From an uncultured bacterium (lineage in GTDB: Bacteria; Bacillota_I; Bacilli_A; RF39; UBA660): DNA of 64,000 bases. The translations under genes were made by a program, and so were the position numbers. The notes under the pieces were generated by a model, which saw only the letters and a list, made by a program, of their open reading frames with translations, made no database searches and was not told where the DNA came from. Below, piece by piece: positions 20,173-30,459 of this stretch (positions are counted from its first letter, which is position 1; each line of letters starts with the position of its first letter). Location: assembly GCA_947646655.1 (NCBI GenBank), contig CANSHI010000005.1, positions 1,599 to 65,598 on the forward strand. The letters are read 5' to 3'.

Positions 20173-20934
20173 CTACTTTTTAGCACGCTTCTTCATTAAG
20201 CTCATTACTTTAGCATCATTTTTAATTCCATCTTTTATTTGAAATGGTAAGACAACAGTTTGTGGAAAATATTTTGCCAGTGAATCTATTTCACTTAAAC
20301 TCATTTTATAAATTGGATATTTTATATTGCCTTCATATAAACTTAAAAACTCTTCTATTTGGTCTTCATCTACTTGATCAAAACATCCATCCATAAACTG
20401 TTCAAGTCTTAAAAGAGATTTAGGTATATTTATTATGTTTGATTTTCTATATGTTCTACGATCATCAAAATGATAAAAACCCTGTTCTATTACTAAACCT
20501 TTTATATTAGAAGGGCTTAAACTTGTATCATCAATTACTTCTACGTAATTAGATGCTCCTAATCTTTTATAATATGATTCTAATAAATTTATATTAGGTT
20601 CTCCCTCTAATGGAATAACGTCGTGGTTAGTATCATAAAATTTATCGTCAAAAGACAATTTAGAAGCCTTTATAGTTGTCATTCTTTCTTGTAAAACTTC
20701 TGGGTTAAATGCTCTTTTTAATACTTGACTATTAGAAGTAGTTACAGCTTGTAAACAGCGTTTTTTTTCAGGAATCGTTTCAACTCCAGCTTTTTTAAAT
20801 TCATAAAATTTATTTTTATTAGGGATAAGCGGATAAACTAATACTTCTTTATCGTCTCCGTCGTATAAATACATTACTCCATCTGTTCTTTGATAGTGTT
20901 TCATAATCAAAACCTCCTGAATTAATTGTATCAT
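20173..20934 (-). CDS. Hypothetical protein (253 aa)
   Basis: Long ORF with no recognisable motif. Confidence 0.35.
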   Translation of the reverse strand: MIQLIQEVLIMKHYQRTDGVMYLYDGDDKEVLVYPLIPNKNKFYEFKKAGVETIPEKKRCLQAVTTSNSQVLKRAFNPEVLQERMTTIKASKLSFDDKFYDTNHDVIPLEGEPNINLLESYYKRLGASNYVEVIDDTSLSPSNIKGLVIEQGFYHFDDRRTYRKSNIINIPKSLLRLEQFMDGCFDQVDEDQIEEFLSLYEGNIKYPIYKMSLSEIDSLAKYFPQTVVLPFQIKDGIKNDAKVMSLMKKRAKK

Positions 20935-21244
20935 AAATACTATAAAAGTGTCTACTATTTTTGTTTCCGAAATAAAGTTGTAGTATTAAGTTACAATAGA
21001 CGTGATACCAAAAGTATATATAAAAAAGATTTAAGTCGTAGAATATTGTTAATCAAATACGAAAGGACTCAAATCTATGATCAGTATAACTTAAGTTAAA
21101 AATAATGTAAGATTATTTACTACACGAATTAAAATTCGGATGATCCCGCAATCTCTACGGTACAAGTAGCATTTAGTATTTTGTTTACTTTATTTTGATT
21201 TACAGTTATTTTGTATTCATCTGCCTTGTTTCTTGAAGTTGCTT

Positions 21245-21898
21245 TTAAATAGTAAATAGCATTTTCACCGAGTATGAATATCGGAAGTCATCTTCTTCAT
21301 TTTGTTCGTATAATTCTTTATTACAGCCTTCCTTTATAGTAATACCTTGACCAGAGGCTTGTAGTTTTTCTGAGGTTAAAATAGTACCTTGGTCATTAGT
21401 TATAAATATGTAAACGCCTGGTTCTCCTGCGGGCATCACTCCATAAGTTTTAAAATATAAATAATCTTTATCTCCTTTTATAAAGCCAAAACTATTTTTG
21501 ATTAATAAAACTATTTCATCAATATACTTTTTTGATTCTGTCATTTGGTCCGGGTCTAAAAGCATTGTATTTATTGACTCAGTTGCCGAAGGTGTGTATA
21601 TTTTATTATTAACTATAATATCATATTTTATAGTCTCTTCATCTTGTTTATAAAAACCTAAGTCGACATCGACCATTTTTCCATTTACTTTTTTCTGTAT
21701 TGATTCAGTTCTAAAATATTTTTCATTATCTATTATTTTTTTGGTATCTTCAATAGGTTTCTTGTCATTTTCTTTTTCATTTATTTTCTCATTAGGCATA
21801 GGTTGATTAAATTTTTCATAGATAATGTAACCTCCTAAGCTTAAAGATATAATTATGAATATTACTAAAGCAATTTTTGTAGCGTTATTATTTTCCAT
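21245..21898 (-). CDS. Hypothetical membrane-anchored or secreted protein
   Basis: N-terminal hydrophobic helix followed by a Lys/Glu-rich linker. Confidence 0.4.
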   Translation of the reverse strand: MENNNATKIALVIFIIISLSLGGYIIYEKFNQPMPNEKINEKENDKKPIEDTKKIIDNEKYFRTESIQKKVNGKMVDVDLGFYKQDEETIKYDIIVNNKIYTPSATESINTMLLDPDQMTESKKYIDEIVLLIKNSFGFIKGDKDYLYFKTYGVMPAGEPGVYIFITNDQGTILTSEKLQASGQGITIKEGCNKELYEQNEEDDFRYSYSVKMLFTI

Positions 21899-21974
21899 TA
21901 TTACTTCCTACTCTCTAATAAGAGTTTAACATCAGATTGTTAAAAAGTAAATGCAAAGATTATAACCTTTACAC

Positions 21975-22766
21975 TTAGTCAATATTTACTCCTTTGTTTA
22001 ATAAGTGTCTGTTAAAAAGATATTCTATTATGAATAGTAGTATGTTCATGGCTATATCGAATACGATAATAGTTGTCACAAAATTTGGACTCGGTAATGT
22101 ATTGGTCGTGAACATTTGCATAATATCGTTGTTGAAAAGTCCGAGGATTAGTAGTCCTATGACAGTGAAAGTTTGTAAGATGATATGTGTTATAAATCCA
22201 AAAATTACGGAATACCCAAGTTTCATATTGTTCATACGATGTCCTAATAAAAGTCCTGTATAACCTAATTGTAATGTGTTTGATACTTGAATAAAAGTTG
22301 CAAAAATGAATCCGATTATTAGGAAAATTAAGGAGGTATCGATGATGTCTTTTAGAGATGTGAACATGTTTTCGATAGACAACCAGTTATTTTTTGTGTA
22401 ATATGTTACGAAAATTGTGCAAAGAATTACGACGATGCTTGTAAATAAGCATATTACAGATGATAGAACCTTAGATAAATATAGTGAATTTTTGCTGACT
22501 GGTAGGGAATGTGTTAAATAAGCTTCGTCACCATAAAAGTTATTTTTAAATCTTAGCCATGCTCTCATCAATGTATTTATGAGAATGGCTATTATACATA
22601 CTATAGTGAGTATATTACAAATTTCGCCTATCGAATGTAAAATTAATGAGTTTTGGAAGCCTAAGAATAGACGTGTTATTATTCCAAAAAATACGGTAAT
22701 TAAGTAGAAAATGCTTAGAAATTTTAAATTATATTTTAAGTCGTATTTTAACAGTTTTTTTAGCAT
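21975..22766 (-). CDS. ABC-2 type permease
   Basis: Multi-TM protein overlapping the ATPase gene. Confidence 0.5.
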   Translation of the reverse strand: MLKKLLKYDLKYNLKFLSIFYLITVFFGIITRLFLGFQNSLILHSIGEICNILTIVCIIAILINTLMRAWLRFKNNFYGDEAYLTHSLPVSKNSLYLSKVLSSVICLFTSIVVILCTIFVTYYTKNNWLSIENMFTSLKDIIDTSLIFLIIGFIFATFIQVSNTLQLGYTGLLLGHRMNNMKLGYSVIFGFITHIILQTFTVIGLLILGLFNNDIMQMFTTNTLPSPNFVTTIIVFDIAMNILLFIIEYLFNRHLLNKGVNID

Positions 22767-23455
22767 TTGAATTTCCTCCTAAATATTTCGTCGATAGAAC
22801 AGTTTTCTTTAACTCTTAGAGTATCGGCATCACTTGTTAGAATAATTTTGCCTTCATCGATAAAGATAACCTCGTCTAATATTCTTTCGATATCTGAGAT
22901 TAAGTGAGTCGATATGATTATGCTTGCTCCATCTTTAAAATTTGATAAAATAGTATCAAGGATATAATCTCTCGTAGCAGGATCAACTCCTCCGAGTGGT
23001 TCGTCTAAAATGTAGAGGTCAGCATCTCTTGACATGACGAGAACAAGTCCAACTTTTTCTTGCATACCTTTACTCATTTTAGCAAGAGTTTGATTAATGT
23101 CTAATCCTAAATCTGAGAGTAAGTTTTGTGCTTTTTGAGCATCAAAATTTTCATAAAATTCTTGAAAAAATTTAATACTCTCTTTTACCGTTAATGATTT
23201 GTCTAAGTAGGTTCTTTCTGGTAAATAAGCAATTATTTTTTTACTTTCGATACCTACTTTTTTTCCATTGATTAAAACTTCTCCTGATGAAGGAGTTAAA
23301 GCATCGTTTATGAGTTTAATGAGGGTCGATTTTCCTGTGCCATTTTTACCGAGTAAGCCGATTATTTTTCCTCGTGGTATTTTTAAATTTATATCTTTTA
23401 AAATCATTTTTCCATTAAAGTTTTTACATACATGTTTAAATTCTAATAGTTCCAT
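22760..23455 (-). CDS. ABC transporter ATP-binding protein
   Basis: Walker A GKNGTGKST, signature MSKGMQEKV, Walker B LYILDEPLGGVD. Confidence 0.85.
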   Translation of the reverse strand: MELLEFKHVCKNFNGKMILKDINLKIPRGKIIGLLGKNGTGKSTLIKLINDALTPSSGEVLINGKKVGIESKKIIAYLPERTYLDKSLTVKESIKFFQEFYENFDAQKAQNLLSDLGLDINQTLAKMSKGMQEKVGLVLVMSRDADLYILDEPLGGVDPATRDYILDTILSNFKDGASIIISTHLISDIERILDEVIFIDEGKIILTSDADTLRVKENCSIDEIFRRKFKC

Positions 23456-23456
23456 A

Positions 23457-23831
23457 TTATTTTTTTTCTCCTTTTTTCTTTATCTGTTCAATTATTTCTT
23501 TTAAACTATATCCCAGTTTTGACATGTTCTCTATGTAATAAGTAGTCAATTTGGCAGACTGCTCTTGTTTCAATTTATCAATCAACTTCTTATTTTGAGT
23601 AGCATATTTTCCATTAGTTCGTTCAGTGTAAATAAGTCTAAGATTTTCTAATTCGACCAAGGCTTTTTGCATGGTATTAGGGTTCACTTTCATGTCGAGT
23701 GCGAGGTCTCTTACGGACGGAAGTCTATCGCCTGGTAAAATTTGTCCACTGATGATGAGAATTTTTATTTTTTCGACTATTTGCAAGTAAATCGGTGTTT
23801 CATTAGAAAAATCTTGTTTCATAAAATTCAT
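23457..23831 (-). CDS. GntR-family transcriptional regulator, YtrA subfamily
   Basis: GntR HTH LPSVRDLALDMKVNPNTMQKALVELENLRLIY; 124 aa. Confidence 0.8.
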   Translation of the reverse strand: MNFMKQDFSNETPIYLQIVEKIKILIISGQILPGDRLPSVRDLALDMKVNPNTMQKALVELENLRLIYTERTNGKYATQNKKLIDKLKQEQSAKLTTYYIENMSKLGYSLKEIIEQIKKKGEKK

Positions 23832-23907
23832 TCCTTTCTAACTGTATCACTAACTTAATACAATAGTACAATACAATGAAAGAAAAGTCAACAAAAAAAT
23901 TCTAACA

Positions 23908-24870
23908 TTAAATATTAGAATTAATTTTGATATCTTTAAGTATGTAATTATCTCGTTCTTTAATAAATGAAACTGTATATTTATCTAAATAGTTTTGAAA
24001 GTTGACTAAGTCTTCATTATTGTATTCTTGTTTGATTATATCATTTTTATTGTTTAAAAGTACGTTGTTTTCAGATATTTTAGCTGTCAGAATGTCAAAT
24101 TTAAGAGTTTCATTTTCTAAGTTGGCATCAATAATCTGAAAGTGAAAATTGGATTTATTTTCTTTTTCTTTCATTCCTAAATAGGTGTTATTATAAAACA
24201 TAAAGCGTTCAGAATTATATGTAAATGTTTCGTTTTCGAACGTAATGTTTTCACCTAAAATTTGTTTTAATGTAACTAAAAGCGAATTTGGCTCAAAGCT
24301 TATTATATCATTTTCATTTTTTATAAGTTTTTCATCTAAATTTTTGTATGCTAACTTAAGTTTAAGTTCATTTGATAAATTGTTAGTTGAAATAGAATCT
24401 TTAAATAGATCAAATACTGCATTATCTTCAATAATAATGTTTTTTATAAGATATTCGTATTCTTTGATTAGTTCTTCCTTAGTAGGCTTAGGTGGTTCAT
24501 CTTTGTTTATATTATTATTGTTTTGGTTATTATTTACGTAATCTTCTTTTGGAAGTTCAATTGTAATGTTTTTTAGATGAAAATAGTCTACATCGTAAAG
24601 ACAATAACCAAAGTAACATATTATTGTTAACAAGATTATTATTAAAAAATTAAGTCTTATGATTTTAAACTTTTGACCACGAGTAAATTTTTTTTCTTCT
24701 TCTTTTAAACGTTTTGCTACTTGAAATTCTACTTGTTCATTTATTTTATCTTTTAGATTTTCAGTTATGAGCTCAACTTTTTTGTTCAGCTCTTTATTTA
24801 TTCTTTCTTCAATCTCTTTCGTATCGATAGAGTCCGATTTATCTCTTGATGCAAGTGCTTTTCTTGGCAT
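23908..24870 (-). CDS. Hypothetical type-II membrane-anchored protein
   Basis: Charged N-terminus, single TM (IIRLNFLIIILLTIICYFGYCLY), Asn-rich linker, then an extracytoplasmic domain. Confidence 0.4.
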   Translation of the reverse strand: MPRKALASRDKSDSIDTKEIEERINKELNKKVELITENLKDKINEQVEFQVAKRLKEEEKKFTRGQKFKIIRLNFLIIILLTIICYFGYCLYDVDYFHLKNITIELPKEDYVNNNQNNNNINKDEPPKPTKEELIKEYEYLIKNIIIEDNAVFDLFKDSISTNNLSNELKLKLAYKNLDEKLIKNENDIISFEPNSLLVTLKQILGENITFENETFTYNSERFMFYNNTYLGMKEKENKSNFHFQIIDANLENETLKFDILTAKISENNVLLNNKNDIIKQEYNNEDLVNFQNYLDKYTVSFIKERDNYILKDIKINSNI

Positions 24871-24951
24871 ATTGTTACCTCCCTGATTTAATACTCACAA
24901 TTCGATTTTATCATAATATTTGGGAGCATGCAAGTTTTTGATAGTGTAATT

Positions 24952-25308
24952 TTATTTAACTTTGTGATAAATATTTGTACAAGATTTGCAAGTGATTTTT
25001 AGATCAAAGCTAGCTACTTTCTTATCTAATATCGTAAGAAGTGGTTCGTTATCTTTTGGACAGCAAAGTCTATTTTTTATAATAATCATTTCATCATTAC
25101 AATCGTGTCCAGTTTGACTGTCTTCAAAATCTAGAAAAGCCTCTCCCCTGCTACCACAGTTACATTTATATTTTAATTCTAGACTGTCGTAAGTAGAATA
25201 GCATAAGTAACCTATGTTTTCATTACAAGTCTCACAATACATCCAACCTCCATAGTTAGTCGCTAATTTAGTATTAATTAATGTTTTTGTTTTTAATATT
25301 CTTGCCAT
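24952..25308 (-). CDS. Cys-rich zinc-ribbon protein (118 aa)
   Basis: CETC…CNCG…HDCND…CCPK…CKSC pattern, suggesting two zinc ribbons. Confidence 0.4.
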   Translation of the reverse strand: MARILKTKTLINTKLATNYGGWMYCETCNENIGYLCYSTYDSLELKYKCNCGSRGEAFLDFEDSQTGHDCNDEMIIIKNRLCCPKDNEPLLTILDKKVASFDLKITCKSCTNIYHKVK

Positions 25309-25523
25309 TTTTTTATCCTCCTTTTAAATTTTAGTAATATGTATAAAGTATATCATAGTGATGGAGAATTTTCTATTTTTTGTTTCATTAACAGTTTAAA
25401 ATATTAAATTTTTTATTTGTACAAAGTGTGCATAGATTGGCTTATTCATATAAACTTTAACATTTAATTGATTTTGCTGAGACTTTATGTTATTATAATT
25501 TCCTTTTTAAAGGAGGATTTAAG

Positions 25524-26366
25524 GTGATGGAAGAAATATTAGAAAGTTTAAAATCAATAGATTTAACATGGCCTAAAAAATATATTATTCGTTATATTTA
25601 TATAAAAATTTCAATATTTTTTCGACGTGACTTAAATTATTTTTTAGCAACAGAAGAGGAACAATTAGAATTATATAAGTTAGGATTTAAAAAAGATGGG
25701 TTTAATATAGTTTGTAGTAGCTTAGCTGATTATTACATCGATATTTTTTCTATTTTTAATATAAGAGCTACAAAAATAGTTGCAACGAATACTGCTGTTC
25801 CATTATTTTCGTTAATTGTCGAAAGCGATGAAGAAATTTATTATTTAGATCCTCTAAATGATTTAGCTAGAAATCAATATGGATTAGAAACGGGATATTT
25901 TGCGATTATTCCAAATTATGAAAATGTTAGAAAAATGTTTAATCTTTCGTCAATTTCATCCGATGTTCTACGCACTATGGATACCGAGTTAGGGTTACAA
26001 TCTAATGGAATTTATGTTTCAGATTTTGTCAAAAGATTGCGCCAGGAAATGGTTGTTGAAAGTAAAATAAATAGAATATATGATATCGCTTTTACGGACA
26101 TATATTCATCGATAAAGAAAAAGTTAGAAATAATTGAGGGAGAATTAATCAATTTAGGCCATGTTAAAGGCTTGTATGAAAGAATGATGGTTTATAATTA
26201 TTTGAGAGGACAGCTTTTTAATAAGTGTGAAAGAAAAGTAACTGAAATGATTATTGATAAAGATAAAATGGAATTACAGTTTGTTTTAAAATTCCCTTCT
26301 TTAGATAGAGAAGTCTATGTGGAAGAACAAAGCCCGAGTGGACAGCATTATTTAAAAAAAAGATAA
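25524..26366 (+). CDS. Hypothetical protein (280 aa)
   Basis: AGGAGGA RBS; no recognisable motif. Confidence 0.4.
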   Translation: MMEEILESLKSIDLTWPKKYIIRYIYIKISIFFRRDLNYFLATEEEQLELYKLGFKKDGFNIVCSSLADYYIDIFSIFNIRATKIVATNTAVPLFSLIVESDEEIYYLDPLNDLARNQYGLETGYFAIIPNYENVRKMFNLSSISSDVLRTMDTELGLQSNGIYVSDFVKRLRQEMVVESKINRIYDIAFTDIYSSIKKKLEIIEGELINLGHVKGLYERMMVYNYLRGQLFNKCERKVTEMIIDKDKMELQFVLKFPSLDREVYVEEQSPSGQHYLKKR

Positions 26367-26433
26367 TGAAATCTTTTAGAAGTAGTATTAAAGTTCTATC
26401 TTATTTTTAATAATTTGAGTTTATAATTAAATT

Positions 26434-27234
26434 TCAATATTTCAATAAAGATAGCTGTTCTTTTAATTCTTCGTAAGAACTATTTTCGCATACGATGTCA
26501 AATTTATCTTCAAAGAAGCTACGATTTTGTTCTATATTTTCTTCTAAAAAACCTATTTTCAACGCATTTTTTCTGCTTTCTTTTTTGGCCATTCTCAGAT
26601 CAGAAATTGAATCTCCTAACAAAATAATATTTGGTCTAGTAGATAATAATTTTTTTACATCGTCTGGTAATGAAACTTCATTTTTATTTAAAGAATGTAT
26701 TATATTTTCTGATACTCCAATTGCTATTCCATTCTCGAATTTTATGAAGTTGGAAATTATAAAAATGTTATCGAAATCGCATCCATTTTGGATTAAAAAT
26801 TGTTTTATGAAATTTCCGATTCCCGCTGAGATTATGATTACTGGTGTCTTTCTGTCGTTTAAACTTTTCAGCAATTGTTTTGCACCTTTTCGAAAAGCCA
26901 TTATTCTTAAATTTTTTGCAGCATCATTTATTACTTTTTCTGATAATTTATATTTTATAAATAAGTTAATATGTTTATTCCACCATTCATTCATCAATTT
27001 GTTTTTTGTTTCGTAGTCTAATGTGGCATCTATTTCAAATGGTCTATAATATTCAAATAATTCCTGTCTTTCTTTAACGTATTCTTTAGGAACTAAATTA
27101 CTTTTAGATAAAATACTCCATGAACTATCACTATTTCCAACCGTAATAGTTCTATCGAAATCTGTTAAAATATGTATCGATTCATCACACCATGTTTTTA
27201 CTCTTTCTAATGTTCCTTCTTTAATTGTGATCAT
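26434..27234 (-). CDS. HAD-superfamily hydrolase resembling pyrimidine 5'-nucleotidase (UMPH-1/NT5C3-like)
   Basis: Motif I ILTDFDRTIT (DxDxT), motif IV LLGDSISD. Confidence 0.5.
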   Translation of the reverse strand: MITIKEGTLERVKTWCDESIHILTDFDRTITVGNSDSSWSILSKSNLVPKEYVKERQELFEYYRPFEIDATLDYETKNKLMNEWWNKHINLFIKYKLSEKVINDAAKNLRIMAFRKGAKQLLKSLNDRKTPVIIISAGIGNFIKQFLIQNGCDFDNIFIISNFIKFENGIAIGVSENIIHSLNKNEVSLPDDVKKLLSTRPNIILLGDSISDLRMAKKESRKNALKIGFLEENIEQNRSFFEDKFDIVCENSSYEELKEQLSLLKY

Positions 27235-27296
27235 ATCAAATCCTCCAAGTTTCTAAAATACATTTGACTAATATAATTTTAACATAAAATTTTAGT

Positions 27297-27593
27297 CTAT
27301 TCTATTTTTTTTGTGGGTAAGTTTTGCAAATTACCAGGAATATATTCTATTAAATCATTTGGATTAATCCCGTAGTTCATAAGTACAAAACCGATTCTAG
27401 CCAAGACATCTTTATCAATTCTTATAATATCATCATTATAGTATTTTTTTACTATATCGTAATTTAATCCAGTCAATCTTTTCATTTTTGAAACAGATAA
27501 ACCAGCTTTATCCATGGCTTCTCCAACTTTACAAATATATTGACCGTAATTCTCAAATAATTCAATCATAAAAAACACCTCTTCTAAATACAA
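27297..27593 (-). CDS. Putative helix-turn-helix DNA-binding protein
   Basis: 98-aa protein (GLSVSKMKRLTGLNYDIVKKYYN) at the edge of the mobile-element region. Confidence 0.4.
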   Translation of the reverse strand: MYLEEVFFMIELFENYGQYICKVGEAMDKAGLSVSKMKRLTGLNYDIVKKYYNDDIIRIDKDVLARIGFVLMNYGINPNDLIEYIPGNLQNLPTKKIE

Positions 27594-27616
27594 AATAATT
27601 ATATTTAAATTATAAA

Positions 27617-28354
27617 TTAGTAGTTTGTATTATAGCAAGTTTTTTTATAATCGATATTTGCTAACTTGGCTTGTTTACACAAATCTTTCGTTTGAATTTT
27701 ATATTGTTTTCCATCTTTTATTGTATAAGTTCCACACTGTCTAAATTCAAAATTAACTTTTTTTCTTATACACTGTTCTCTAACATTTAAAGCCCATTTA
27801 TAATCAAAAGTTCTAGCATTAACATCAGATTCTCCACCAACTACTACAAGTTCTATATCAATAAGATATTTTTCTATATCGATATTTTCTAATAATGGTT
27901 GTGCTGTGATACATTTATGTTTTATTGGAAGATCTTTAAATATGGATAATTTATAATCAGTATTTTTCTGATTTTCGATAGTACAACATACAACGACATT
28001 ATCATAGCCACCATTCCAATCAGATGGAATACATTTCATGAATCTTTCAATTCGCTTTGTTAAAAATAGAAAGGTGCAATCTTGTCTTTCTTTAATCATT
28101 TTCCAACATTCATCTCTCCACTTGTCGGCTTCTTCAATAAGAAAGTCAGTAGAAAAACATAAATAAACGATTCCAGATTTCATTTTATATTTGCCATTTT
28201 TAAGTTTTTCTATTGGTTTATCAAAGTATTCTGTTTTTACAATTTCATTAGTATTTATATTTCTTTTTGTATCCCCCTTTATGAATATAGCAATGTAAAC
28301 AGCCTTCACTACATTTTTTACAACCTCGCCATGGATTCCACATTGCCATATTAA
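27617..28354 (-). pseudogene. Phage Gp37/Gp68 (DUF5131) family gene split by a +1 frameshift in a GGGGG run
   Basis: A 33-codon ORF MAMWNPWRGCKKCSEGCLHCYIHKGG starts at 28354 (AAGGAG RBS) and matches the DUF5131 N-terminal WNPxxGCxxxSxGCxxCY motif. After the G5 run near 28255 it continues in another frame as the 230-aa track ORF 27617..28309. Confidence 0.5.
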
Positions 28355-28414
28355 TCACTCCTTAAATCTTTAATTTCCATAATTATAAGGAACACTTGTT
28401 CCTATAACTAATCT

Positions 28415-29077
28415 TCATTTAGTCAAATCCGAATCTTCTTGAATAGGTATTAATCTCGTTTTTATAGTATTTATAAAAGCACATTTATGCTCTATTTCAA
28501 ATCTTTCTTTGTCAGTTGTTAATTCATATTTTATAAATAAATTAGGTATGAACTCATACTTATCACTAGCAAAATTTCCATAAGACGTATCACTTTCTGT
28601 ATAACTTCCTTTTAACATATTATATAAAAGTTTCCATCTATCACAAGATCCAATATCAGTTTCTTTTGTAATATCATCATTTTCTTTAAAGATAGATTCT
28701 TCTTTCATGTCTATCTCAGAAAATTTTATTTTTAATTTATCATAATAATCTTTTAATATAGAACCTTTAAAATACTGATTTAATGCAACTTCTATACACT
28801 TATTAACATCTGTATTTTTATTAATTACTATTAATCTAACAGGCATTTTATTTTTATAAAATACTATAGCATTATGTTTATTACTTATATGTATGTCATT
28901 TTGATTGACATTAATAATACAATTACAATTCTTAATAATTTTATATTCATCAAATGGTATTTTGTTATTTTCAAATCCATCAACAAATGCTCCATTAAAA
29001 CATTCATAGTGATTTTCATGTTGTTCAGTCCATAAATCAATTGTTTTAATTGTCTTCATTATTTTAAATTCTTTCAT
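28415..29077 (-). CDS. Hypothetical protein (220 aa)
   Basis: ORF inside the mobile-element region; no motif. Confidence 0.35.
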   Translation of the reverse strand: MKEFKIMKTIKTIDLWTEQHENHYECFNGAFVDGFENNKIPFDEYKIIKNCNCIINVNQNDIHISNKHNAIVFYKNKMPVRLIVINKNTDVNKCIEVALNQYFKGSILKDYYDKLKIKFSEIDMKEESIFKENDDITKETDIGSCDRWKLLYNMLKGSYTESDTSYGNFASDKYEFIPNLFIKYELTTDKERFEIEHKCAFINTIKTRLIPIQEDSDLTK

Positions 29078-29491
29078 TTCGATTTAATTTTGGCTTGCTT
29101 CAAATTTTTAATATATTTGTCAGTTAAAATATAATCAACAGTTCTTATTTGTTTTTCATTTAATCTTTTTAAAAAGTCTTTTTGAGTCCGGTCTTCCATA
29201 AAAATCTTCCCAATTAGTCAGTCACGACTGACCAGTTCAAAACAAAAATTTAAATCTCTTATATTATAACATTTATTTTGTGCTATTTATACTATTTTAG
29301 TAGTATCCCATTAAATTAATGTTTTTTAAACTACTTTAATTCATAATAACAAAAAGTGTAGCCTAACGGCCCCTTCAGGGGGCGGTTAGAGTTCACGCAC
29401 TTCAAAGTTTATTTAAATAATTTTACCTTTATTTTAATAGGATTAAAAATACTTAAATTTAACAAGTATTATATGAATTTTTAAATTTTGG

Positions 29492-29530
29492 TAGTTGAAA
29501 AGGTAGTTGAGATAATTATAAACTACCTTT
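29492..29530 (-). terminator. Hairpin plus T-tract downstream of the 29566 gene; T-runs on both strands, so possibly bidirectional
   Basis: GGTAGTTGAGATAATTATAAACTACC stem-loop with T-runs on both sides. Confidence 0.35.
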
Positions 29531-29565
29531 TTTATTTTTTATAATTTTTTTAACAATTTTAAATA

Positions 29566-30387
29566 TTATTTTTTCAATTTTCCTATAGGATATAATTCAT
29601 TAAGAAATTCATTTAATTCTGCCTGATTATTTGCATTTATTACTGAAGTAAATAATATTGTATCATTATCTCCCAATATTTGTTCTATAATTCTTTGTGG
29701 TTGCAATTTAAACATCTCTTCATTAGTTGCAAAAATCCACTTTTCAGGTTCACCATATTCTTTTGACCACCCATCAATATAAAATCTTACCATAGTCATA
29801 TCAAAATTAACCCAAATATTTTTTTCTTGAATATATACCAAATTCCATGCATGGCCTGTAGTACCTTTTCCTCTTACTTTTAAACAAGGAATATTCAAGC
29901 TATCACATATTTGTTTAATCCACCTTGAATATTCTCCGCATACACCATTTGTTAATAATCCATTACAATATATTGGTGGATAATTGTTTGGCTCAATGTG
30001 AACAATTTCATCATAAGCATCTCTAGCAGGAATTTTTATTATTCCATTTTTTGCTAGTTGTGCTTCATGATGAATAACAGTACCATAATTTTTAAACCAT
30101 TCTAATTTATTTTTTTCAGATAATGGTCTTCCTTCAATTTTTAAGAATGCATCGTCTAAAAGTTTTATTAAATATTCTTTAAATTTATCAGATTTCTCAT
30201 TTTCATTTTTTGTTATTAAATCATTAACCTGTCTTAAATATTCATTTTCATATCTTTGATATTTTACTACTTGAAGTTCATCATAATTATAACTTACATT
30301 ATTTTTGAAATAGCTAAAAAGAGTGATTAAAATTTCCTCTGTACTAGTTAAACTAGATAACATTTTAATAAATTGTTCATAATTCAT
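29566..30387 (-). CDS. Transglutaminase-like / papain-fold cysteine peptidase domain protein
   Basis: GVCGEYSRW (Cys) followed by GHAWNLVY (His) and a downstream Asp: a Cys-His-Asp transglutaminase-like core. Confidence 0.45.
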   Translation of the reverse strand: MNYEQFIKMLSSLTSTEEILITLFSYFKNNVSYNYDELQVVKYQRYENEYLRQVNDLITKNENEKSDKFKEYLIKLLDDAFLKIEGRPLSEKNKLEWFKNYGTVIHHEAQLAKNGIIKIPARDAYDEIVHIEPNNYPPIYCNGLLTNGVCGEYSRWIKQICDSLNIPCLKVRGKGTTGHAWNLVYIQEKNIWVNFDMTMVRFYIDGWSKEYGEPEKWIFATNEEMFKLQPQRIIEQILGDNDTILFTSVINANNQAELNEFLNELYPIGKLKK

Positions 30388-30459
30388 ATTTTGCCTCCTA
30401 TATTTTTTCTTGCCTTTTTTATTATTTTAGTTTATTATTTAAAGCATTAATGTATTTAT

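Noticed and set aside
21180-21245. Possible C-terminal extension or disruption of the 21245..21898 gene
   Set aside because: Reading past the stop gives only 12 more codons before another stop, and there is no motif to suggest a truncated domain. Insufficient evidence for a pseudogene.
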